From assembly GCA_965215945.1 (NCBI GenBank), contig CBDCFC010000046.1, positions 175,142 to 239,141 on the forward strand: a DNA stretch of 64,000 nt, written 5' to 3'. Shown piece by piece: positions 47,616 to 56,408 of this stretch. The stretch's first letter is position 1. Every line of letters begins with the position of its first letter. The notes below the pieces were generated by a model. The model did no database searches. It was not told where the DNA came from and was given only the letters and a program-made list of their open reading frames with translations. This DNA is from Arenicellales bacterium (lineage in GTDB: Bacteria > Pseudomonadota > Gammaproteobacteria > Arenicellales > JAHEKD01). Made by a program: the position numbers and the translations under genes.

Positions 47616-50600
47616 ATGGCTTTGCCATCTTATATTGGCCGTTATTCGGTTAGAGAAGAAATTGCAAGGGGTGGCTTTGCACACGTTGTTCAGGCTTTTG
47701 ATGAAGAGCTTGAATCATACGTCGCTATCAAAATTCTTTTGCCAGAAATGGCAAAAAATCAGGAACTACTAAACCGGTTTTTGGAAGAAGCGCGTTTGTT
47801 GCGTCGCATACGCTGTTCAAATGTCATCACGGTGCATGATGTTGGCCGGCTAGGCAATGGGTGCCCCTATTTCGTGATGGATTATGCCGACCGGGGGACA
47901 TTAGTTCCACGTCTGAAAAAATACTCCAGCAAAAGTGATTTACACAATGTTTCTATTCTTGTCGATGCGATCAGCAATGGTTTGGCTGCATTACATGAAT
48001 CTGGAATTGTGCACCGGGATATCAAACCGGCAAACATTCTGTTTCAGCTAGCCCGGCGCCAACCGGTTGCCAGCAATCAGACTGACGATTTAAACACCAG
48101 AAGCCTGGTAAAGCCTGATGAGCGTGTATTAATCGGTGACCTGGGCATTGCAAAAGATATGTTACGTCATTCAGGACTAACCACCGTAATGGCAGGCACC
48201 CCTCTGTACCAGGCTCCGGAACAGTTGGATCCTAAAGCGATGGTGGAAACAACAGCGGATATTTACGCTGCCAGTGCCATGCTATGGCATATTCTTACTG
48301 GTAATAACCCGCCCCAGCCTTATCAGGTTGAACAGTCTCTCGAAAACTTACCAGTGATGTGGCACGATGTGCTCAGCCAGGGAATGGCAATCGATCCGCA
48401 CAGTAGGTTTGACAGTATTGACGAGTGGCGTGTGGCTATTCATCGAGTTTTGTCCGGTCAGGACTTGGCGGGTGATTCAGGCTCTGTGACTGCAAGCGTG
48501 ACGCAGTCTGCTCAGTGTCCATACAAGGGGTTGGCAGCATATCAGCCCGAAGACGCTCAGTTTTTCTTTGGACGGGACGATTTGATTGATGAGTTAGTGC
48601 GTCGAATTCAGTCGAACTCCGTGCTAATTGTTTCGGGTTCATCCGGTAGCGGCAAATCATCACTGGTGCGAGCCGGTTTGATTCCGGCTTTGCAAGCAGG
48701 CTCGATCACAGGCAGTGGCAAATGGCGATTAGGGCTTTTTACACCGGGGCGCGATCCAATGGCTGAACTTTATTTGCAGTTAAAAAGCCTGGCCCCGGAA
48801 ATGTCCACCCCAATCTCACTCGATGATCTGCTCTTACATCCTGCTATGGCACGCCATCTAAGCTGGTCAGAGGGCAGCGGCGAAGATGCACCTCTGGTCC
48901 TGTTTATTGATCAGTTTGAAGAATTGTTTACACTTGCCCCTGAGTCACAAATTGAACCTTTTATTGAAGCACTGTCAGCCATGACTGATCCTGTGCATAG
49001 CAAGGTGCGGGTGGTGATTACTGTGCGAGCAGATTTTTATGGTGCCTGCTCAAAAATTCCCTGGCTAGCTGAGCGAATTACCCAGAATCAGGTGCTGGTG
49101 GGGCCGATGACTGCGGCTGAACTACGTCGTGCGATAAGTGGACCGGCACAGCAAAGTAAACTCTATCTGGAAAGTGAGCTGGTCGATACGATTGTCGAAG
49201 AAGCTGGCAGCGAGACCGGCACATTGCCGCTGGTGGCACATGCTTTGCTAGAAACCTGGACTCGCCGCCGTGGCAATACGCTGACACTTGAGGCCTATAA
49301 ACAAGCGGGCGGGATGATCGGGGCCATCAGCCAGACGGCTGATTCGATATATGAGCAAAGTTTCGATGAGCAGCAAAGACAAGTAACTCGACGCCTTTTC
49401 CTGCGTTTAGTGACTCCAGGTGATGGCACACCGGATACCCGCCGGATACTAGATCAGTCCGATATTGATAAAGACGAAAACCCACAAGTTACCCGAAAAG
49501 TTATCGAAACCCTGGTTAATGCAAGACTGTTGACACTGGATGATACTTCGGTGCAGATTGCTCACGAAGCAATACTGAGAAACTGGCCCAGGCTGAATCA
49601 GTGGATTGATCAATCACGCGATGATCTGCGCACCAGACAGCGAATTTCCTATGCAGCACAGCAATGGGATGGTGAACAAAGAAATGTTGATCTGTTATAT
49701 AGAGGAACACAATTGCTTGCCGCGCTTGAATGGGCTGATCAAAACCCGGATCAACTCGGCCTGCTGGAGCAGGAATTCTTGAATGCCTCCGAGAAGGTGA
49801 AAATTGAAACTGAGGCCATCGCAGCAGAGCAAGAAAACAAAGCACGCCGAAACAGACAAATAGCGGTAACACTGCTTTCGATTCTCGCTATCGGTGCGAC
49901 GGTCGCCTCGCTGATTGCTTTTCTTGGTTTTAAGCAAGCCCGCCATAATGAACAGCGAGCGGAATTTGCCACTATCGAAGCCCACGAGCGGTTTGCAGGT
50001 GCATTAGGGTCTGCAGCACATGGCCTGGTCTCAGATGATCCGCTGCTAGCACTGGTTTTAGGTGCTGAGGCCATCCAGCGTGCAGAAATTAACCCTCCTG
50101 ATTTTCAAGCCAGGGCGACATTGGTTCAGGCTCGGCATGAACTGGCTCGAAGCTTTCTGCATCCGGTTGGCAGCCCAATCGAAGCAGGGGATGCCATTGC
50201 TGTTGCCTTGAGTCCTGATGGAAGCTTGTTGGCCTCCGGGCGAAGGGATGGCAGTATCGGTCTGATTGACGTGGCAAGTGGCCAGCAAAAGCAAAATCTT
50301 ACCGGTCACCAAGGCGGAGTTCGAGATTTGGATTTCACCAAAGACGGCAACAGGCTGGTGTCAATAGGCACTGACGGTACCATCAGATTATGGCAGCTAA
50401 AAGATGGCTTAAGTGTTGATGACAGTATTATCGGCAAGACAGGCGATGTCATCATGGGATTGGGTCTTAATTTACAAGGTACACATGCCGCGACGGCTAA
50501 CGGTGATGGCAAGCTGCAACTCTGGGACTTATCTCAACAGAGCGGTGATGGAGAAATACTTCTGCAAGATACGCTGGAGTTCAACGCAGTAACATTTAGC

Positions 50601-52028
50601 CCCGATGGTCAAGGTTTAGTTACAGGGTACAGTGATGGAACGATGTATGGCCTGAATCTGGTTACTCAGGAACCATTGTTTGATCCGATCAAAAATGCAC
50701 ATGGCAGTAATTATCGTTTCATTATTATGAGTCCGAACGGCAAGCGCTTTGCCACGGTGAGCGTAGACAGTACTTCTAAATTATTCGACTATCCAAGCGG
50801 TAAACTTGATAGCCAACTGTTTGACAGCGTCAAGCACATTGGTGCAGTTGCGTTTACTTCAGATGACCGATATTTGATCGGTGGTACTGGCGATGGCAGT
50901 CTAAAAATATGGGATTTAGTTGAAAGGAAAGTTGTTGCATCAACAACCGCCGGACACGATCAATCGATTGTTGATATGCAAACCGACCGAAATAATATTC
51001 TACTGGCTACTTTAGGACGTGAACAACTGATTAGAATGTGGCGTGCCAACTATCAATATCCTGTGGCGGCCAGTTACGCTGTTGAAGGAAAAGCCAGGGG
51101 TGTCGCTTTCAGTGCTGATGGAAAATGGCTGGCCATCGGTGCCGACTCCGGGATAGTAAAGATTTGGAACATCCAATCCGGTGAGCAATCTCAAACAATA
51201 ACAGGACATAATCAACAAGTTTGGGCGTTGGCATTTTCGCCGGATAGTCGTTTTCTGGCCTCAGCAGACCGATCCGGGCAATTAAACGTATGGGATATTG
51301 AAAGCGGGGAGGTCCAATGGAGTGTCAATTCTGATGATATACCGATTTGGTCTGTTGCATTTATCAATGATGGCAAGCAACTGGTCACAGCCAGTGATCA
51401 GCGTATCAAAATTCGGGAGAATGCAACGGGTGAATTGATAAATAATATATCAAACGGTGATACTTTGACTAGAATGACCGTGTTCCCAGATGGCCATCGT
51501 ATTGCTGTGTCCACTTCAAATGGTCAAGCCAAAATCTGGGATATAGAAAAAGGGGAAATAATCAACACATTTACGGTAGATGATAACTTGATTTGGAGTG
51601 TTGCTATTTCACCCGATGGCCTTCAGTTGGCAACAGCTTCCAGCGATGAAGTCGTTGTTTTGTGGAGTGTCGAATCCGGTGAGCAACTGGCAGTACTCAC
51701 AGGGCACACTGGCGGTGCAACCGATTCGGCTTATCTGGCTGATGGTGTCACGCTTGTTGTGACGGATCGCAGCGGTAAACTGCATTTCTGGGACACCATA
51801 ACCCGACGTCGACTAGACAAGCCCATTTCAGCTCATAGCGGCGCGAGCTGGCGCGTTGCCTTGCACCCGGATGGATTCCGGTTTGCCACCAGTGGAGAAG
51901 ATGGTCTAGCCAGGGCTTGGGATGAATTAAGCATTGAAAAAGCTTGCGAAATAGGCCTCCCTGGATTTGATGCCAAACGTCGTGAACAATACATTGGCAT
52001 TAATGAGAAATCTGTAGCCTGTGACTAG
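47616..52028 (+). CDS. Ser/Thr protein kinase - STAND-type P-loop NTPase - single TM helix - about 14 WD40 repeats (1470 aa)
   Basis: Kinase: HRDIKPANILF, DLGIAKD, GTPLYQAPEQ. NTPase: FFGRD.., VSGSSGSGKSSLV (Walker A), LVLFIDQFEELF (Walker B). TM: IAVTLLSILAIGATVASLIAFLGF (nt 49861-49932). Then repeated GH....V..LAFSPDG..LA(T/S)...D..(I/V)..W(D/N) units. Confidence 0.9.
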   Translation: MALPSYIGRYSVREEIARGGFAHVVQAFDEELESYVAIKILLPEMAKNQELLNRFLEEARLLRRIRCSNVITVHDVGRLGNGCPYFVMDYADRGTLVPRLKKYSSKSDLHNVSILVDAISNGLAALHESGIVHRDIKPANILFQLARRQPVASNQTDDLNTRSLVKPDERVLIGDLGIAKDMLRHSGLTTVMAGTPLYQAPEQLDPKAMVETTADIYAASAMLWHILTGNNPPQPYQVEQSLENLPVMWHDVLSQGMAIDPHSRFDSIDEWRVAIHRVLSGQDLAGDSGSVTASVTQSAQCPYKGLAAYQPEDAQFFFGRDDLIDELVRRIQSNSVLIVSGSSGSGKSSLVRAGLIPALQAGSITGSGKWRLGLFTPGRDPMAELYLQLKSLAPEMSTPISLDDLLLHPAMARHLSWSEGSGEDAPLVLFIDQFEELFTLAPESQIEPFIEALSAMTDPVHSKVRVVITVRADFYGACSKIPWLAERITQNQVLVGPMTAAELRRAISGPAQQSKLYLESELVDTIVEEAGSETGTLPLVAHALLETWTRRRGNTLTLEAYKQAGGMIGAISQTADSIYEQSFDEQQRQVTRRLFLRLVTPGDGTPDTRRILDQSDIDKDENPQVTRKVIETLVNARLLTLDDTSVQIAHEAILRNWPRLNQWIDQSRDDLRTRQRISYAAQQWDGEQRNVDLLYRGTQLLAALEWADQNPDQLGLLEQEFLNASEKVKIETEAIAAEQENKARRNRQIAVTLLSILAIGATVASLIAFLGFKQARHNEQRAEFATIEAHERFAGALGSAAHGLVSDDPLLALVLGAEAIQRAEINPPDFQARATLVQARHELARSFLHPVGSPIEAGDAIAVALSPDGSLLASGRRDGSIGLIDVASGQQKQNLTGHQGGVRDLDFTKDGNRLVSIGTDGTIRLWQLKDGLSVDDSIIGKTGDVIMGLGLNLQGTHAATANGDGKLQLWDLSQQSGDGEILLQDTLEFNAVTFSPDGQGLVTGYSDGTMYGLNLVTQEPLFDPIKNAHGSNYRFIIMSPNGKRFATVSVDSTSKLFDYPSGKLDSQLFDSVKHIGAVAFTSDDRYLIGGTGDGSLKIWDLVERKVVASTTAGHDQSIVDMQTDRNNILLATLGREQLIRMWRANYQYPVAASYAVEGKARGVAFSADGKWLAIGADSGIVKIWNIQSGEQSQTITGHNQQVWALAFSPDSRFLASADRSGQLNVWDIESGEVQWSVNSDDIPIWSVAFINDGKQLVTASDQRIKIRENATGELINNISNGDTLTRMTVFPDGHRIAVSTSNGQAKIWDIEKGEIINTFTVDDNLIWSVAISPDGLQLATASSDEVVVLWSVESGEQLAVLTGHTGGATDSAYLADGVTLVVTDRSGKLHFWDTITRRRLDKPISAHSGASWRVALHPDGFRFATSGEDGLARAWDELSIEKACEIGLPGFDAKRREQYIGINEKSVACD

Positions 52029-52270
52029 CCTGGATATTTCATAAATCGGACTAGCAAATTGAGAAAATAACTAATGAATCAAACAGATAGTAAGCTTTTT
52101 CAATCTATTGTACATGAACAGATTGTCCTGTTTGAGTTCAGGTCCAATCTGTCGTCACATTTCGATCGATCCTTTCCGCGCCCTATTTCAATAAGGCTGC
52201 GCCAACGATCGCCCGAACTGTCTAGTCAGATTGACCCTGATTCTCAAAGATTCATGAAATATCCAGGCTA
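52026..52270. mobile_element. MITE-like 245-bp element bounded by 22-bp terminal inverted repeats
   Basis: TAGCCTGGATATTTCATAAATC (52026-52047) against GATTCATGAAATATCCAGGCTA (52249-52270), 21 of 22 complementary. Sits exactly between the kinase stop codon and the PP2C gene. Confidence 0.45.
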
Positions 52271-52287
52271 GCCTAGGTGATGATGCC

Positions 52288-53028
52288 ATGAATCCTCTAT
52301 ATTCCGTCTGCGCCAAAACTAATGTGGGTTTGCATCGTAATTTTAATGAAGATGCAATGTTAATTGATGAGCATATTATTCAGGCCGATATTACAGATTA
52401 TTGTTCCCAAGTGAGACGACGATCAGGTATTGGAACAGCAGTATTTGTTGCCGATGGCCTTGGTGGATTACCTGGAGGCGCACAGGCCAGCTATTGTGCA
52501 TTAGAGACTTTAAAGCAGCTTGCCCAGAACGGCAGTACAATTTTTGATGCAGATAAAATAGTTCATCAGATTAACAGCAACGTCATCGATGAAGGCTACA
52601 AAAAACGAATGCCGCAGATGAGTACGACGCTTAGCGGAATATTGTTGCAGGAGAAACAAATCACTATTTTAAATGTTGGCGATAGCCGGGTTTATCAATT
52701 TCAATCAAATGCACTGAGATGCTTAACTCGGGATCACAATCTAGGTAATGCCCCCAACTCAGATGGGGGCTCTCGACATATGTTGACTAACTGCGTCGGC
52801 AGCAACAGATGTTATGTGGATACTTGCACAATCCCCTACCCAGACTCAGACGCTCTGTTTATGATCTGCAGCGATGGTTTGCATGGCTATGTTAGCGATG
52901 AAGCTATTGGGCAGAGCATAAAAGATCACCGGTCTGACCTGCAAATCTGCACAGACCAACTTGTCAATGCATCATTACAGGCCGGTGGATGGGATAATGT
53001 CAGTGTCATAGTACTGAAAATTGGTTGA
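52288..53028 (+). CDS. PP2C-family Ser/Thr phosphatase
   Basis: GLHRNFNEDA, FVADGLGG, NVGDSRVY, LTRDH, CSDGLHG and GGWDNVSVIVL metal-binding motif series. Confidence 0.85.
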   Translation: MNPLYSVCAKTNVGLHRNFNEDAMLIDEHIIQADITDYCSQVRRRSGIGTAVFVADGLGGLPGGAQASYCALETLKQLAQNGSTIFDADKIVHQINSNVIDEGYKKRMPQMSTTLSGILLQEKQITILNVGDSRVYQFQSNALRCLTRDHNLGNAPNSDGGSRHMLTNCVGSNRCYVDTCTIPYPDSDALFMICSDGLHGYVSDEAIGQSIKDHRSDLQICTDQLVNASLQAGGWDNVSVIVLKIG

Positions 53029-53109
53029 ACATTAACCTTTACCTTGTTAATGATTGATGCACTTTTATGGTTTAACAATATGAATTTTAGTCATTAGAAG
53101 TGATTCCAA

Positions 53110-53211
53110 ATGAATACTATCATTAACCGTATAACTGTAGATCCCGTTGTCATGAATAGACAGGTTTGCATACAAGGTATGTGTATCACGGTGAAGCGTG
53201 TATTAGTTTAG
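53110..53211 (+). pseudogene. Truncated DUF433-like gene fragment
   Basis: Hand translation gives MNTIINRITVDPVVMNRQVCIQGMCITVKRVLV*. It resembles the first third of DUF433 proteins (I..DP.I..G.P.I.GTRI.V..VL) and then stops. Confidence 0.35.
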
Positions 53212-53287
53212 TTTTTTCACAAAATCTTTTGTTCTGAAGTGTGCATAAAAATTGCTTGGAGATCCTGATTAATGATAGTCTGATTGC

Positions 53288-54322
53288 ATGAATGCAACCG
53301 TTGGCATTATTGCAAATCCGGTTTCGGCACGCGACATCAGGCGTTTATTGACTAATGCGTCCAGTCTGCAGATTGCTGACCGTGCCAATATCGTGATGCG
53401 ATTGCTGGCCGCATTGGGTGCAATAGGGATTAAACAAGTGATGATGATGCCTGATAATGGTGGTGTGCGCGGCCATGTACAAAGAGGGATTTTGAGAGAA
53501 TCCAATGCGGGTAACACTCACTGGCCTGAGATCGAATTTTTGGATATGCCGGTCACCTCCTCGGTAGAGGATACGCTTGCCGCTGTTCGTATAATGGTAG
53601 AACAGCAGGTTTCGGCGATCATCGTTTTAGGTGGTGACGGCACCCATCGTGCAGTAGTCAGTGAATGCAAACAGATTCCGGTGGCAGGTTTATCGACAGG
53701 CACAAACAATGCGTTCCCGGATTACCGTGAACCGACGGTCACCGGTTTGGCAACCGGACTTTACGTTGTCGGGCGCATTAACCACCAAAATGCCTGCGTC
53801 GCTAACAAGATGCTTGAAGTTCAAGTAAATGGCGAGCATAATAGATTTATCGCGCTGGTGGATGTTGTATTCACCACCGATCGTTACGTAGGTGCGCGTG
53901 CATTGTGGCGGACCGAAACGTTCACAGAGCTTTATGTAACGTATGGAGAAGCGCACTCAGTTGGGATGTCATCTATTGCTGGTTTGATTCAACCTGTTGA
54001 TCGTCAGGATTTACACGGTCTGAGAATTGAACTCGGTCCGCATAATGAGTGTCCACATACCCTGCTTGCACCGATTGCACCCGGTTTAATGAAGCCGGTT
54101 GGGATCAGGCGTGTCGAACAATTGGTTCCCGGTAGGCTGTTTTCACCTTTGACCCGGGCTGGATCAATTGCGCTGGATGGCGAACGCGAAATCGAATTCA
54201 GTGAAAAAGACACAATTGAAATTTCACTTAGCACACAGGCTTTTTACACAATTGATGTTGAACGTGTCATGTCTTATGCGGCAAATAATCAATTGCTGTT
54301 GTCGGTAAGTGAGACTATTTAA
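53288..54322 (+). CDS. acoX: AcoX-like protein (ATP-NAD kinase fold) of the acetoin operon
   Basis: VGIIANP.S..D, IIVLGGDGT and GT.NAF motifs of the NAD-kinase/diacylglycerol-kinase fold. Sits directly upstream of acoA. Confidence 0.7.
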   Translation: MNATVGIIANPVSARDIRRLLTNASSLQIADRANIVMRLLAALGAIGIKQVMMMPDNGGVRGHVQRGILRESNAGNTHWPEIEFLDMPVTSSVEDTLAAVRIMVEQQVSAIIVLGGDGTHRAVVSECKQIPVAGLSTGTNNAFPDYREPTVTGLATGLYVVGRINHQNACVANKMLEVQVNGEHNRFIALVDVVFTTDRYVGARALWRTETFTELYVTYGEAHSVGMSSIAGLIQPVDRQDLHGLRIELGPHNECPHTLLAPIAPGLMKPVGIRRVEQLVPGRLFSPLTRAGSIALDGEREIEFSEKDTIEISLSTQAFYTIDVERVMSYAANNQLLLSVSETI

Positions 54323-54361
54323 AAATATAGACCACAACAAACAGACTGGGAGAACTTGAAT

Positions 54362-55348
54362 ATGGACGAAGCTAATCCTTTTCCTCTCAATAAAGAGGAA
54401 CTACTAAACGTTTATAGAACCATGCGATCCATTCGTGAATTTGAGGAACGTGTGCATCTGGAATTTGCTAAAGGGGAAATACCGGGGTTTGTGCACTTGT
54501 ATGCCGGAGAGGAAGCCTGTGCCGCGGGTATTATGTATCACCTTCGACCCGACGATCGCATCGCCAGTACGCACCGTGGCCACGGGCACTGTATAGCCAA
54601 GGGTGTGGATATCCACGGCATGATGGCCGAGATTTACGGCAAGGCCAGTGGTGTGTGTGTCGGCAAGGGCGGTTCCATGCATATTGCCGATCTGGACACG
54701 GGCATGATGGGCGCCAACGGGATTCTTGGCGCAGGGGCGCCGCTGGTATGCGGTGCGGCGCTGGCTGCAAAATTCCAGAACAACCAGGGTGTTGCCATCA
54801 GCTTTGTGGGCGACGGGGCTTCAAATCAGGGCATGATGCTGGAAAGTCTCAATCTGGCTACGGTCTGGAATCTGCCGGCCATATTTGTGGTTGAAAATAA
54901 CGGTTATGCCGAATCCACTTCCGCTGAATGGGCGGTTTCCTGCGACAGCTATGTGGACCGGGCATCGGGATTCGGAATGCCGGGCATTTCAGTGGACGGT
55001 TTTGACTTTTTTGCGGTCTATGAGGCTGCCGGCGAAGCGGTTGCACGCGCTCGCGGTGGCGGCGGCCCCAGCCTGATGGAAGTACGAACCGGTCGATTCT
55101 TCGGCCATTTTGAAGGGGATGCGCAAACTTACCGCGGTGAAAATGAAGTCGAAACTATGCGCGAGCAAAGCGATTGCATCAAAATATTTTCAAAGAAAAT
55201 TCTCGATGCGGACGTGGTTGAGCAAAGCGAACTGGATGCCATCGATACTGAGGTACTGGCATTAATCGATGATGCGGTCGAAAAAGCGGTGGCTGCGCCG
55301 GAGCCTGCGGAGGCCGAATTACATACTGACGTTTATGTCAGCTATTAA
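54362..55348 (+). CDS. acoA: Acetoin:acceptor oxidoreductase E1 alpha subunit (TPP-dependent)
   Basis: MRSIREFE, GFVHLYAGEEA, HRGHGHCIAKG and GDGASNQG..ES.N.A..W.LP..FV.ENN TPP motif. Confidence 0.9.
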   Translation: MDEANPFPLNKEELLNVYRTMRSIREFEERVHLEFAKGEIPGFVHLYAGEEACAAGIMYHLRPDDRIASTHRGHGHCIAKGVDIHGMMAEIYGKASGVCVGKGGSMHIADLDTGMMGANGILGAGAPLVCGAALAAKFQNNQGVAISFVGDGASNQGMMLESLNLATVWNLPAIFVVENNGYAESTSAEWAVSCDSYVDRASGFGMPGISVDGFDFFAVYEAAGEAVARARGGGGPSLMEVRTGRFFGHFEGDAQTYRGENEVETMREQSDCIKIFSKKILDADVVEQSELDAIDTEVLALIDDAVEKAVAAPEPAEAELHTDVYVSY

Positions 55349-55374
55349 TCTGAATTAAAAATGAGGAGTGAATA

Positions 55375-56379
55375 ATGGCTAGAACACTGAGTTTTAAAGA
55401 CGCGATAAATGAGGCCCTGGACCAGGAAATGGCCCGCGATGAAAGCGTTATTGTGATGGGCGAAGATGTTGTCGGTGGCACAGGTAGCCCGGGTGAAGAA
55501 GATGCCTGGGGCGGTGTATTAGGCGTGACCAAGGGGCTGTATGCAAAGCACGGAGAGCGCATGATGGATACGCCATTGAGTGAATCCGCCTATGTGGGTG
55601 CCGCAATCGGTGCAGCGACCTGCGGCATGCGTCCGGTGGCCGAATTAATGTTTGTTGATTTTTTTGGGGTCTGTATGGATCAGATTTACAATCAGGCGGC
55701 GAAGTTTCGCTATATGTTCGGCGGCAAGGCTGAAACGCCTGTTGTTATCCGTTGTATGGTGGGCGCCGGTTTTCGGGCAGCCGCACATCATTCGCAGATG
55801 TTAACGTCGATTTTTACCCACATTCCGGGACTGAAAGTCGTACTTCCATCCAATGCCTATGACGCCAAAGGCCTGCTGATTCAATCCATCCGTGATAACG
55901 ACCCGGTGATCTTTTGTGAACATAAAATGCTTTACGGTACCGAGGCGGATGTACCGGAAGAGGCGTATGCGATTCCCTTTGGCGAGGCCGACATACCCCG
56001 TGAAGGCAGTGATATCACAATCGTTTCGCTGGGCGCTATGGTCGGAAAATCCCTTGAGGCAGCCGAAGAGCTTGCCAAAGATGGAATCTCCTGTGAAGTG
56101 ATAGATTTGCGAACAACTTCGCCCATGGATGAAGACACGATTTATGAGAGCGTCGAAAAAACGGGACGACTGGTTGTGGTGGATGAATCCCACCCCCGTT
56201 GTAGTATTGCCTCCGATGTTTCATCACTGGTGGCCCAAAACTGCTTTGGCAATTTGAAAGGTAAAATTCAAATGGTGACCGCGCCGCATGTGCCGCCGCC
56301 ATTCGCTGCCAATCTGGAGGATCTGTACATTCCGGATACCGGGGATATCAATCAGGCGGTCAGAGCCGTTGCTGCTTGA
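55375..56379 (+). CDS. acoB: Acetoin:acceptor oxidoreductase E1 beta subunit
   Basis: Transketolase-like pyrimidine-binding and C-terminal domains (DTPLSE....GAAIGAA..G.RPV.E.MF.DF). 334 aa. Confidence 0.9.
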   Translation: MARTLSFKDAINEALDQEMARDESVIVMGEDVVGGTGSPGEEDAWGGVLGVTKGLYAKHGERMMDTPLSESAYVGAAIGAATCGMRPVAELMFVDFFGVCMDQIYNQAAKFRYMFGGKAETPVVIRCMVGAGFRAAAHHSQMLTSIFTHIPGLKVVLPSNAYDAKGLLIQSIRDNDPVIFCEHKMLYGTEADVPEEAYAIPFGEADIPREGSDITIVSLGAMVGKSLEAAEELAKDGISCEVIDLRTTSPMDEDTIYESVEKTGRLVVVDESHPRCSIASDVSSLVAQNCFGNLKGKIQMVTAPHVPPPFAANLEDLYIPDTGDINQAVRAVAA

Positions 56380-56408
56380 GTGACAACTTTCGTCCTGGCA
56401 AAGAAAAA

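Noticed and set aside
48436-51218. Antisense and alternate-frame ORFs inside the kinase-STAND-WD40 gene
   Set aside because: They are nested in a 4.4-kb gene with clear domain content and have no motifs or RBS.
52074-52271. 65-codon ORF between the kinase and PP2C genes
   Set aside because: It lies entirely inside the inverted-repeat-bounded element, lacks a Shine-Dalgarno sequence and encodes a low-complexity Ser/Arg/Pro-rich product. It is probably not a gene.
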